The notes below the pieces were generated by a model. It saw only the letters and a program-made list of their open reading frames with translations. It was not told the origin of the DNA and did no database searches. This document shows positions 52,060 to 61,499 of a stretch of DNA of 64,000 nt, piece after piece (the stretch's first letter is position 1; the number at the start of each line of letters is the position of its first letter). Source of the DNA: an uncultured delta proteobacterium (lineage in GTDB: Bacteria; Myxococcota_A; UBA9160; SZUA-336); the NCBI GenBank assembly GCA_963704165.1, contig CAVPHD010000001.1, positions 64,001-128,000 of the forward strand, in the 5' to 3' direction. Both the position numbers and the translations under genes were made by a program.

Positions 52060-52398
52060 ATGAGTACCGATGCGAGTTGCAATGTGAAGCCGGGACCCGA
52101 GAGCCTGCGCGAGAGCGTGATCGAGGTGCTGCGCAGCATCTTCGACCCGGAAATTCCGGTGAACATCTACGAGCTCGGCTTGGTCTACGGCGTCGACGTC
52201 GACGAAGAGAACCACGTTCGCGTGCGCATGACGCTCACGTCGCCGATGTGTCCGGTCGCCGAGAGCATGCCGCCCGAGGTCGAGCAGAAGATCCGTCAGA
52301 TTCCCGGCGTCGCGCACGCCGAGGTCGACCTCACCTGGGAGCCGACCTGGAACCCGTCGATGATGTCGGAGGCGGCGAAGCTTCAGCTCGGGTTCTGA
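52060..52398 (+). CDS. sufT: SufT/PaaD-like (DUF59) Fe-S maturation protein
   Basis: DPEIPVNIYELGL, MTLTSP.CP, MSEAAKL.LG. Confidence 0.85.
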   Translation: MSTDASCNVKPGPESLRESVIEVLRSIFDPEIPVNIYELGLVYGVDVDEENHVRVRMTLTSPMCPVAESMPPEVEQKIRQIPGVAHAEVDLTWEPTWNPSMMSEAAKLQLGF

Positions 52399-52405
52399 GC
52401 CGAGT

Positions 52406-52861
52406 ATGAGTCCGACGGTCGCTTGGCGTGCGCTCCGTGTCGCCGGCTTCGTGTGCCTCACCGGGTGTCTCGACTTCCACTCTCGTGCCGTCGAGGAGAC
52501 TCGCACAGGACTTCTCGGGCTCGAGGGTCGGGAGCTGCGCGACTGTCTCGGCATCGTCTCGGATTTCGAGATCGACGGCGACATCGAGCGCCAAACCTAT
52601 CGCTTCGAGCGCGATGATCCATCCGACGACGGCGCCGGCGCGGGCGCCCTCGGCGGCGTCGCGATCGGCGGCCGTCCGGAGGTCGATCGACGTCACGACC
52701 CGCACGGCTTCCCGATCGACCGGCCAGATCAGTCGTACTGTCAGCTCGACTTCGAGCTCACGCGGGGCCGCGTCACGCGAGTTCTCGCGCACGGTCGGAC
52801 ACGCGAGGGCATGAACGCGGACGCGACCTGCATGCTTCGCGCGCAGCGTTGCCTTCCGTAG
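52406..52861 (+). CDS. Hypothetical lipoprotein
   Basis: LTGC lipobox; CLG...C...C..C pattern; 7 nt after sufT. Confidence 0.55.
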   Translation: MSPTVAWRALRVAGFVCLTGCLDFHSRAVEETRTGLLGLEGRELRDCLGIVSDFEIDGDIERQTYRFERDDPSDDGAGAGALGGVAIGGRPEVDRRHDPHGFPIDRPDQSYCQLDFELTRGRVTRVLAHGRTREGMNADATCMLRAQRCLP

Positions 52862-53066
52862 GCGACGAGCAGCGGACTCACGGACACTGACGGGGGTCGT
52901 CTCTCGAGGCCCCGGACGTCGTCTACGGACACTTCGCGCCAATCGCGCCAGATCGGCCCGCTCAGCAACCGGCAAGTCCCACGATTGCAGACCGGGCCGC
53001 ATCTAGGCCGACTTCAGTCCCCTAAACAGTCTTGGCGTCAATCCCGCGGAGCCATCGACCGAAGCA

Positions 53067-54092
53067 GTGATATCGGGGGGTTCCCCCCCGGGGAGAGCTG
53101 TCTTGGGGATCCGCGTCTCTGCGCGGAACTGGATCGCGTGCTGCGCGTGGGCCGCCGTCTGCCTGCTCGCTGCTGGAGAGGCTCGCGCGCTCGGCACGCC
53201 GGCCGGCACTCCGATCGCGAACACGGCGACCGTCAGCTACGAGATCGCCGCGAGCGCGTACACGCAGAGCGCGACGGCGGTGTTCGCGGTCGACGAGCGG
53301 ATCGACGTCGTCGTCACCTGGCAGGATGCGGCGGCGGTGCTGGTCGCACCCGCGGACCTCGACCGCGTGATCACGTTCCTGATCACGAACACGGGCAACG
53401 GCGCCGAGACCTTCTCGCTCGCCGTCGATCCGCTGCTCGCGGGCGACCAGTTCGATCCGGTGAACGCGCGCGTGTACATCGACGCGAACGACTCGACGAC
53501 CTACGAGGCGGGCGTCGATCCCCTGTACCAGCCGGGCGTGAATGATCCGCTGCTCGCCGCCGACGCCGCGCGACTCGTCTTCGTGCTCGCCGACATTCCC
53601 GCTGCCGCCCTGAACGGAGAGCGAGGCGACGCGGAGCTCCGGGCGACTTCGCTCACGGGCAGCGTCACCGGCGCGGTGGTTCCGGGTGCGGGCGATCTCG
53701 GGACCGACGCGGTGATCGGCGGCGGCACGAGCGCGATGAGCGGAAGCTACCTGGTCGCCGACCTGATCGCCGCGATCGCCAAGTCGGCCGTGGTCTCCGA
53801 CACCGGCGGCGGTAGCACGCCCGCGCCGGGAGCGACGATCACCTACACGCTGCTCGTCACGACGAGCGGAACGGGCACGGTCGACAACCTGGTCATCACC
53901 GATCCGCTGCCCCCGTTCACCAGCTACGTCCCCGGCTCGCTCACGCTGAACGGCTCCGCGCAGAGCGATGCCGCGGACCTCGATGCCGGCGACGTGGGCG
54001 GCACGACACCCAATCAAGTCACCGTCGCGCTCGGGAACGTGGCCGGCGGCTCTCTCCCCCAAACCATCACGTTCGCAGTCACGATCGATTAG
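53067..54092 (+). CDS. Secreted DUF11-type protein A (putative pilin/minor subunit)
   Basis: Signal ending ARA; mature N-terminus GTPAGTPIANTATVSY; C-terminal IAKS...PGATITYTL...VITDPLP...ITFAVTID; start codon uncertain. Confidence 0.8.
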   Translation: MISGGSPPGRAVLGIRVSARNWIACCAWAAVCLLAAGEARALGTPAGTPIANTATVSYEIAASAYTQSATAVFAVDERIDVVVTWQDAAAVLVAPADLDRVITFLITNTGNGAETFSLAVDPLLAGDQFDPVNARVYIDANDSTTYEAGVDPLYQPGVNDPLLAADAARLVFVLADIPAAALNGERGDAELRATSLTGSVTGAVVPGAGDLGTDAVIGGGTSAMSGSYLVADLIAAIAKSAVVSDTGGGSTPAPGATITYTLLVTTSGTGTVDNLVITDPLPPFTSYVPGSLTLNGSAQSDAADLDAGDVGGTTPNQVTVALGNVAGGSLPQTITFAVTID

Positions 54093-54103
54093 GAGGGAAC
54101 GAA

Positions 54104-54598
54104 ATGAAGAACGCAATCGCACTGGCACTGACCGTATTGCTCCCAGCGTGGAGCGCGCATGCGATCGAGAGCGCGGGGAATCCCGCGGTCGAGATCGCGA
54201 TCACCGCAGAGGTCGAAGTCACGATCAAGACCGAGGACGGACGCGAAGAAGTGAAGCGCGTACCCGCAGCGAAGGTACCACCGGGTGAGGCGGTGATCTT
54301 CACGTTGCACGCGAAGAACAACGGCGAGAAGCCGGCGAACGACGTGATCGTGACCGACCCGATCCCCGAGCACATGGACTACGTGGACGGATCGGTGAGC
54401 GAGGGCGGAGCGCGAGTGACGTTCTCCGTCGATGGCGGAAAGAGCTTCGCGGCCAAGGAGAAGCTGAAGGTTCGCGGTGAGGACGGCGCGCTTCGTGCGG
54501 CCCTCGCTACCGACTTCACGCACATCCGCTGGCAGCTCGAGACGCCGCTTGCGCCCGGTGAAGCTCGAGAGGTGAGCTTCCGCGCACGCGTGGAGTGA
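54104..54598 (+). CDS. Secreted small DUF11-type protein B
   Basis: AGGAGG RBS; signal ending AHA; PGE.VIFTL..KN.G...VTDPIP...LAPGE...VSFRARVE. Confidence 0.85.
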   Translation: MKNAIALALTVLLPAWSAHAIESAGNPAVEIAITAEVEVTIKTEDGREEVKRVPAAKVPPGEAVIFTLHAKNNGEKPANDVIVTDPIPEHMDYVDGSVSEGGARVTFSVDGGKSFAAKEKLKVRGEDGALRAALATDFTHIRWQLETPLAPGEAREVSFRARVE

Positions 54599-54698
54599 GA
54601 GAAGAGATTCCCCCCCCTTGAAAGGGTGGAAGCGTGAGACACACGCTCAAGTGTCTATTCGAGTTGAGTTGAGTTGGACATACAGCAAGGAGAAGGCA

Positions 54699-55763
54699 AT
54701 GTTGAGGCATGACTTGAAACGACTGGCAAGTGCGCTTGCCACCGCTGCGCTCTTGTGGAGCACGGCGGGGACGGCATCGGCGGTCGGCGCCGACGCTGGC
54801 ACCGTCATCTCGAACACCGCCACCGTGGACTACAGCGTGAACGCCGTAGTCCAGCCCACGGTGGCCAGCGTAGCCGTCGACTTCGTCGTCGATCGGCTGA
54901 TCGACCTGACGGTGACGGCCGTCCCGGTGACCTACGTCGCCGTGACGCCGAGCTCCGACGGGGCGTTCCTGTTCACACTGACCAACACCAGCAACGCCGA
55001 GCTCGGATTCGACCTCAGCGCGGCGAACAACGCAACGGACCCCTTCGGCGGCACGGACAACTTCGATCCGAGCGCGCTGACCACGGTCGTGGACGCGGGC
55101 GTGCTCGGGACCTACGAGCCGCTCGTCGACGTCGCCACGACCGTCGATTCGCTCGCAGAGGACGGCTCGGTGGGCGTGTGGGTGGTCGCGACGATCCCCG
55201 GTGGCCAGGCCAACGCGGACATCGCGGCGGTCACGCTGACTGCGACGGCGCGCGAGACGACGGCCAACGGCGGCGGCGCCGTGGTCGAGCAGGCCAATCC
55301 GGAGGATCCGGCAACCATGGAGACCGTGTTCGGCGACGGCGCGGGTGACACCGACGCCGCGAATGCGGCCGACTTCTCGGACAGCGGCGCGTTCCAGGTG
55401 GAGTCCGCCGACGTGACGATCACGAAGACCGAGACGCTGATCAGCGACCCGGTGAATGGCGCCGCGCCCAACGCTCGCCACATCCCGGGTGCGATCGTCG
55501 AGTACGTGGTGACGGTGACCAATGACGCCGCTTCCGCGCTCTCGGCGACGACGCTGACCATCAGCGACGTGCTTCCCGGTGACGTGACGTTCGAGCCGGA
55601 TACCTATGGCGTCGGATTCGGCATCGACCTCGACTCGGTCGCGCAGTCGAATGCCGCGGATCTCGACCAGGGGTCCGAGGCGGCGGGCACCGTGACGGTG
55701 ACCGTGCCGTCGCTCGCGCCGGGGGCTTCCGCGGTGATCACCTTCCGGGTGTCCGTGGACTAG
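54699..55763 (+). CDS. Secreted DUF11-type protein C (putative major pilin)
   Basis: AAGGAG RBS and ATG at 54699; signal ending ASA; GADAGTVISNTATVDY; C-terminal ITKT...PGAIVEY...ISDVLP...LAPGASAVITFRVSVD; paralogous to A. Confidence 0.85.
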   Translation: MLRHDLKRLASALATAALLWSTAGTASAVGADAGTVISNTATVDYSVNAVVQPTVASVAVDFVVDRLIDLTVTAVPVTYVAVTPSSDGAFLFTLTNTSNAELGFDLSAANNATDPFGGTDNFDPSALTTVVDAGVLGTYEPLVDVATTVDSLAEDGSVGVWVVATIPGGQANADIAAVTLTATARETTANGGGAVVEQANPEDPATMETVFGDGAGDTDAANAADFSDSGAFQVESADVTITKTETLISDPVNGAAPNARHIPGAIVEYVVTVTNDAASALSATTLTISDVLPGDVTFEPDTYGVGFGIDLDSVAQSNAADLDQGSEAAGTVTVTVPSLAPGASAVITFRVSVD

Positions 55764-55778
55764 CGCTCGAATCGCCAA

Positions 55779-58700
55779 GTGGTGGGTCCCCTCCCCCGAA
55801 GGTCGCGGCACGTCGAGTGCCCGCGCGCCGGCTCACGCGCCGGTGTGACGGGAGACTTGCGTCCGCGAGCCGCGACGGAGAACCCACCGGACCGCACCCG
55901 TGCGGTTCGCAAGTCGTGCCTCAACGAGCCGGCTGGGTCGGGAATTCCCCGATTCAGCCGGCTCTGCGAGGTGCTGGCGCTTCTGCTGCTCGCGTTCGCC
56001 CTGCTTCCGTCGAACGCACGCGCGCAGACACCGGTGGGGACTGCGATTCCCAATACCGGTTACGCGACCTACGACATCGGGAGCACGGTCGGAATCGTCC
56101 GTCCGTCGAACACGCTCGTGATCACGACCGCGGTCGTGAGCTCCGGTTCGAGCCTGGAGTTCATGCGCTACGCACCCGGAGCACCGGGTTCGACCAGTTA
56201 CGGTGTCACCGCCACCGCTTGCTTCAGTGGCGGCAGTTTCAATCCGCTGCCGGCGCCCAACGCGTACGGTGGCGGCGCGATCAATCTGGCGAGCGTCGAG
56301 CTGATCCCGACGCCTGCCTATCATCCCGGCGAGCCGATCTTCGTGCGGCTCGTCGACGCGGACCAGAATCGGAACTCGACCCTGGTCGAATCCGTTCTCG
56401 TCGCGCTCTCCGCGCCCGGCGTCGCCGATCTCGAGCAGCTTCGGCTCTTCGAAACCGGCGTCGCGACGGGCGTCTTCGTCGGCTACGTGCCGTCCGCGGC
56501 ACCCCCGGCACCCGCCAACGACTGCGTGCTCGCCGCCCCTTCGGGTCAGACGGTTCTCGGCAATTACGTCGACGCATTCGATGCGAGTGACTCGGACTCC
56601 GACACCGCATGGATCGACCCCGAGAGCCGGGTCTTCGACAGCGCGACCGGTGCTCCGATCGACTTCGCGGTCGTCACCCTGATCGACGAGATCACCGGGC
56701 TCCCCGCGACGGGGATCCTGGGAGACGATGGCGTGAGCACGTTCCCCGCCACCCTGACGACCGGTGGCTCGGTCACCGATGGCGGCGGGCAGATCTACAA
56801 CTTCGGTCCGGGCGGCTATCGCTTCCCGGTGGTTCCCGTCGGCAGCTACCGATTGCAGGTCGCGCCGCCCTCGACGTACGGCTTTCCGAGCGCGGTCCCC
56901 GATGTCGTGCTGCAGGCGCTTCCGGGCGCGCCGTTCGCGCTCGTCGTCGGTTCGCGCGGAGAGGTCTTCGACGTCATCGCGGGCCCGACCTTCGAGATCG
57001 ATCTGCCGCTCGACGCGGCATCGTCCGCGGGCTTCATCTCGATCCGCGCCAGCCGCGACGTCGTTTCGATCGGCGAGCACTTCCAGTTCGACGTCCGCGT
57101 CGAGAATCCCGGCGTGGCGGACGCTCCGCTCGGGGTCGAAGTGACCGTGGTGCTTCCGCCCGGGGTCAGGTTCACGCCGCAGTCGGTCCGGATCGACGAC
57201 CAGATCCAGCCCGACCCGCTGATCTCGCCCGACGGGCGCACGCTCACGTGGACGCTCCCTGCGACCCTTGCCCCGGTCGTGACGCACATCCGTTTCACCG
57301 TGAAGGTCGAGCCGAGCGTTCGAGCGGGACTCGTCCGCACGACCGCACGCGCGGAGGCGCTCGGCGGATCGATCACCGAGGATGCGGTCGCGACGGTACG
57401 CGTCGAGGAGGATCTCGGCGCGAACAGCGCCTACGTGGTGGGTCGCGTGTCGGCCGGCCACTGCGACACGGACGACTTCGCGGGTGAAGCCGTCCCGGGG
57501 GTACGCGTCTACCTCGAAGACGGAACCTACTCCGTCACCGACGCGAACGGCTACTACCACTTCGCAGGACTCCGAAGTGGCGCCCACGTCGTACAGATGG
57601 ACGTGCAGAGCCTGCCCGGGTTCTACGAGCCGCTCCCGTGCGCCAACGCCGAGGGGCATGCCTTCGCGGGCCGGCCGTTCTCGCAGTTCGTGGACGTCCA
57701 AGGTGGAACGCTGTGGCGCAGCGACTTCCGCGTGCAGCTGCGACCGCGTCGCGAGGGCGGAATCAGTCAGCGACTCGAGAGCCAGCTCGAGGGCGACACG
57801 ATCCGCTATCAGCTCGCGCTGCGCGGCAACGGCGTCGCGGTGCGAAACGCGCGCGCGGTGGTGATGCTGCCCGAAGGCGTGGAGTTCGTGCCGGGCAGCG
57901 CGCGCAACGCGGGTGCTCCGATCGCAGATCCCGAGACCAAGAACGGGGTGGTCACCTTCCGACTCGGAGAGCTGAGCTCGGAGGAGTGGTCGATGGACCT
58001 CGCGCTCGACGCGATCGTCGACGGGCGGGCCGAGCGCGAGCTCGAGACATCGTCCGTGGTCATGTTCGAGACACCGGTCGAGAAGCTCGCCAAGACACCC
58101 GCCGCGAAGACGCGCCTCCACGGCGAGTCGAGCTCGGGCAGCGGACTCAAGCTCGTCGAGACGCTGGGGCTTCGACCGGGAGAGGAGTGGCAGACGAAGA
58201 CCGCGCCGGAAATCGATGCCGCGCCGCCCAAACCCGGCGTCTACAACAAGATCTGGCTCGAGAAGGCGACGCCCGGACTCGAATGGCTCTCACCCGAACC
58301 CGGATTCGCGGCGGCGATCGCGAGCGTGAACATCGCGATCAAGCACGCGCCCGGAACGACCATCGAGCTGGTACAGAACGGGGTGGCCGTACCGAAGTTC
58401 AACTTCGAAGGTGCGTTCTCGAACACCGGCAAGACCGTATCGCTCTCGCGTTGGCGCGGTGTGGACCTGGTCGATGGCGAGAACAGCTTCGTCGCACGCG
58501 AGCTCGACGCTTCGGGGAACGAGATCGCGCGACTGGATCGCTCGCTCCACTACGCCGGACCGCCGTTCCGCGCCGTGCTCGTGCCCGAGCTGTCGCGGCT
58601 CGTCGCCGACGGGCGAACGATCCCCGTGATCGCGGTGCGCTTCACCGACGAGGACGAGAAGCCCGCACGCGAGGGACAGGTCGGCACGTACGAGATCGAC

Positions 58701-61481
58701 GCGCCGCATCGACCGAATCGCGACGCGTCGGCCGGGGAGCTGCGACGCCAGGCGGGGCTCGCGCCCGAGTCGCCGAGCTACGTGATCGGCCGCGACGGTG
58801 TGGCTCGGATCGAGCTCGCGCCCACGACCCGTTCGGGGCGCGTCGGCCTTCGCTTCGCGTTGGCGGGACGCCAGCGCAAAGAGCTGCACCCCTGGCTCGA
58901 GGCGGAGGCTCGCGATTGGGTGCTCGTCGGGCTGACGGGCGGCACGCTTCTGCACAGCTCCGTCTCCGAACACACCGAGAGCCTCGTGCCGTCCGACGTC
59001 GAGGACGGCTACGACCTCGATCGCGGCACCACCGTCTTCGCGAAGGGCCGGATCAAGGGCTCGTGGCTGCTCACCGCCGCCTACGATTCGCAGCGGGAAT
59101 CGCGCGAGTCCTCGAGCGACCTCGATCGGGCCGCGCTCGAGGGGGGCCTCGATCCGAATCGCTATTACACGCTCTACGGTGACGCGACGACGCAGGGCTA
59201 CGAGGCCCCGAGCCAGCGCAAGCTCTACCTGAAGCTCGAACGCAAACAGTTCTACGCGCTCTTCGGTGACTTCCAGACCGGCCTCACCGTCACCGAGCTC
59301 TCGCGCTACAGCCGCGCGCTGAACGGATTCCACACCGAGTACGACGGCGACCACGTGTCCGTGAATGCCTTCGGCACCGACACGAGCCAGGCCTTCGTTC
59401 GCGACCAGATACGGGGTGACGGCACGTCGGGCCTGTACCGACTCTCGCGCTCCGGGATCGTGCTGAACAGCGAACGCGTCACGATCGAGATCCGGGATCG
59501 TTTCCACGGTGAGCAGGTGATCTCTACGGAGGGCCAGACGCGCTGGACCGACTACAACATCGACTACACCTCGGGAACGATCTTCTTCAAGCGTCCGATC
59601 CCGAGCACCGGCGAGGGCTTCAATCCCGTGTACATCGTCGTCGAGTACGAGTCCGACGACGACTCCGACCAGGAGCTGAACGGTGGCGGTCGCGCAGCCG
59701 TGAAGCTCCTGGACGACAACGTGGAGCTCGGGGCGTCGCTGATCCACGAAGGCACGGTGGGACAGACGTCGAGCCTGTACGGCAGCGACTTGCGGATCGA
59801 TCTCGACGGCGCGACGAGCCTGCGCGCCGAGTTCGCGCAGACGCGCTCCTCGCTGCTCGGCTCGAATGCCGACTCGAGCGGCGCGGCCTGGCTCGCCGAG
59901 CTGTGGCGACGCGACAAGGATCTCGACTCGCGAATGTACTGGCGTGAGCAGCGCCCGGGCTTCGGCCTCGGTCAGCAGAGCTCGAGCGAAACGAACATGC
60001 AGCAGCTCGGAATCGACGCACGCTACCGTTGGAGCGACACGCTCGCGCTCTCCGGCGAAGTGTTTCGCCAGGTCGATGTCGCCTCCGACGCGAGGCGCGA
60101 TCTCTTCGAGCTGCGCGCAGATCACCACGAAGGACCGTTCGGCGGTTACGGCGGCGTTCGCTTCGCGCACGACGTCTTCTCCGATGGAAGCAAGAGCTCG
60201 TCCCCACAGCTTCTCGGCGGCGGCAGCTACACGACCTACCAGAACCGGCTCAAGCTGCGCGCGGACTCGGAGATCACCGTCTCGGGCGACGAGAGCCTCG
60301 ACTTCCCGACGCGTTTCCTCGTCGGCGCCGATTTCCTGCTCCTGCCCGAGCTCACCGTCTTCGGCGAGGAGGAGCTCACGCTCGCGAGCGAACGGAGCAC
60401 GGCCTCGACGCGTGTCGGCCTTCGCACCAGCCCGTGGCGCGGCGGGCAGGCGACGGCCGCGATCGGCCAACGCAGTCAGCAGGACAGCGAGCGTCTCTTC
60501 GGAACGCTCGGACTGCTCCAGACCTATCAGCTGACCGACGCGCTCAGCTTCGACTTCGGGATCGACAACTCCGTGACGCTGAAGGGCGACGACCTGGCGC
60601 CGACGCAGGTCTCCCCGTTCGCGCCGGGACAGCCGGTCGCGAACGGCCTCTCGGGAAATCCGCAGGGAGACGACTTCACGTCGCTCTCCATCGGCACGAC
60701 GTACGCGCAGGACGTCTGGGCCGCGAACCTCCGCCTCGAGACGCGGTTCGGCCAGGTTCAAGACAAGTGGAGCATCACCGCCGGCGCCTATCGCGAGCTC
60801 GAGGCGGGAATCGGTGTCGCCGTCCGGGCGGAGTTCTTCGACTCCAGCGGCTCGAGCCCGTCGCTGACGACCGGACCCAGCTCGAGCACCGGACCGGTCT
60901 ACACCGCCGACGGCACGCTCCGTCCGAACACCGCATTCGACGGGATCGAATCGCTCGGCCGTCTGCAGCTGAGCGGCGTCTACCGACCGATCGGGAGCCG
61001 CTACACGCTGCTCGAGTCCCTCGAAATCCGCAGTGAGCGACTCGACTACGACGTCTTCCAGAGCCGCGCGACGCGGATCGTCAACAACATGAACCTGAAC
61101 GTGAAGCTCGACCGGAAGACCCAGGCCTCGCTGCAGTACGGCGCGAAGTACCTGTTCGAGCGTATCGACGGGTTGAACCTCGACGGCTACACCGACGTCA
61201 CCGGACTCGAGATCCGGCGCGATCTCTTCGGCAGCTGGGACATCGGCGGCCGCGTGGGAATGCGCCACTCCTGGACCGACGGCAACATCGAGGAGCTGTA
61301 CAGCGTCTCGCTCGGGTACGTGCTGATGAGGAACCTTTGGGTGAGCGCCGGCTACAACTGGGGTGGCTACAGCGATCGCGACTTCTCGGCGGGCAACTGG
61401 ACCACGCGCGGCCCGTTCGTCTCGTTCCGCTACAAGTTCGACCAGGAGACGGTCAAGGAGCTGCTCGACTGGGCGGAGTAG
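55779..61481 (+). CDS. Giant outer-membrane protein: Ig/DUF11/SdrD-like domains plus C-terminal beta-barrel (putative usher-like platform)
   Basis: Signal ending ARA, then QTPVGTAIPNTGYATY; internal DUF11-like and SdrD-B-like (PGVRVYLEDG...TDANG.YHF) domains; long amphipathic beta region ending FVSFRYKF; true start may be downstream (e.g. GTG 55971). Confidence 0.85.
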   Translation: MVGPLPRRSRHVECPRAGSRAGVTGDLRPRAATENPPDRTRAVRKSCLNEPAGSGIPRFSRLCEVLALLLLAFALLPSNARAQTPVGTAIPNTGYATYDIGSTVGIVRPSNTLVITTAVVSSGSSLEFMRYAPGAPGSTSYGVTATACFSGGSFNPLPAPNAYGGGAINLASVELIPTPAYHPGEPIFVRLVDADQNRNSTLVESVLVALSAPGVADLEQLRLFETGVATGVFVGYVPSAAPPAPANDCVLAAPSGQTVLGNYVDAFDASDSDSDTAWIDPESRVFDSATGAPIDFAVVTLIDEITGLPATGILGDDGVSTFPATLTTGGSVTDGGGQIYNFGPGGYRFPVVPVGSYRLQVAPPSTYGFPSAVPDVVLQALPGAPFALVVGSRGEVFDVIAGPTFEIDLPLDAASSAGFISIRASRDVVSIGEHFQFDVRVENPGVADAPLGVEVTVVLPPGVRFTPQSVRIDDQIQPDPLISPDGRTLTWTLPATLAPVVTHIRFTVKVEPSVRAGLVRTTARAEALGGSITEDAVATVRVEEDLGANSAYVVGRVSAGHCDTDDFAGEAVPGVRVYLEDGTYSVTDANGYYHFAGLRSGAHVVQMDVQSLPGFYEPLPCANAEGHAFAGRPFSQFVDVQGGTLWRSDFRVQLRPRREGGISQRLESQLEGDTIRYQLALRGNGVAVRNARAVVMLPEGVEFVPGSARNAGAPIADPETKNGVVTFRLGELSSEEWSMDLALDAIVDGRAERELETSSVVMFETPVEKLAKTPAAKTRLHGESSSGSGLKLVETLGLRPGEEWQTKTAPEIDAAPPKPGVYNKIWLEKATPGLEWLSPEPGFAAAIASVNIAIKHAPGTTIELVQNGVAVPKFNFEGAFSNTGKTVSLSRWRGVDLVDGENSFVARELDASGNEIARLDRSLHYAGPPFRAVLVPELSRLVADGRTIPVIAVRFTDEDEKPAREGQVGTYEIDAPHRPNRDASAGELRRQAGLAPESPSYVIGRDGVARIELAPTTRSGRVGLRFALAGRQRKELHPWLEAEARDWVLVGLTGGTLLHSSVSEHTESLVPSDVEDGYDLDRGTTVFAKGRIKGSWLLTAAYDSQRESRESSSDLDRAALEGGLDPNRYYTLYGDATTQGYEAPSQRKLYLKLERKQFYALFGDFQTGLTVTELSRYSRALNGFHTEYDGDHVSVNAFGTDTSQAFVRDQIRGDGTSGLYRLSRSGIVLNSERVTIEIRDRFHGEQVISTEGQTRWTDYNIDYTSGTIFFKRPIPSTGEGFNPVYIVVEYESDDDSDQELNGGGRAAVKLLDDNVELGASLIHEGTVGQTSSLYGSDLRIDLDGATSLRAEFAQTRSSLLGSNADSSGAAWLAELWRRDKDLDSRMYWREQRPGFGLGQQSSSETNMQQLGIDARYRWSDTLALSGEVFRQVDVASDARRDLFELRADHHEGPFGGYGGVRFAHDVFSDGSKSSSPQLLGGGSYTTYQNRLKLRADSEITVSGDESLDFPTRFLVGADFLLLPELTVFGEEELTLASERSTASTRVGLRTSPWRGGQATAAIGQRSQQDSERLFGTLGLLQTYQLTDALSFDFGIDNSVTLKGDDLAPTQVSPFAPGQPVANGLSGNPQGDDFTSLSIGTTYAQDVWAANLRLETRFGQVQDKWSITAGAYRELEAGIGVAVRAEFFDSSGSSPSLTTGPSSSTGPVYTADGTLRPNTAFDGIESLGRLQLSGVYRPIGSRYTLLESLEIRSERLDYDVFQSRATRIVNNMNLNVKLDRKTQASLQYGAKYLFERIDGLNLDGYTDVTGLEIRRDLFGSWDIGGRVGMRHSWTDGNIEELYSVSLGYVLMRNLWVSAGYNWGGYSDRDFSAGNWTTRGPFVSFRYKFDQETVKELLDWAE

Positions 61482-61499
61482 CAGGGTGCGCCATCTCTC

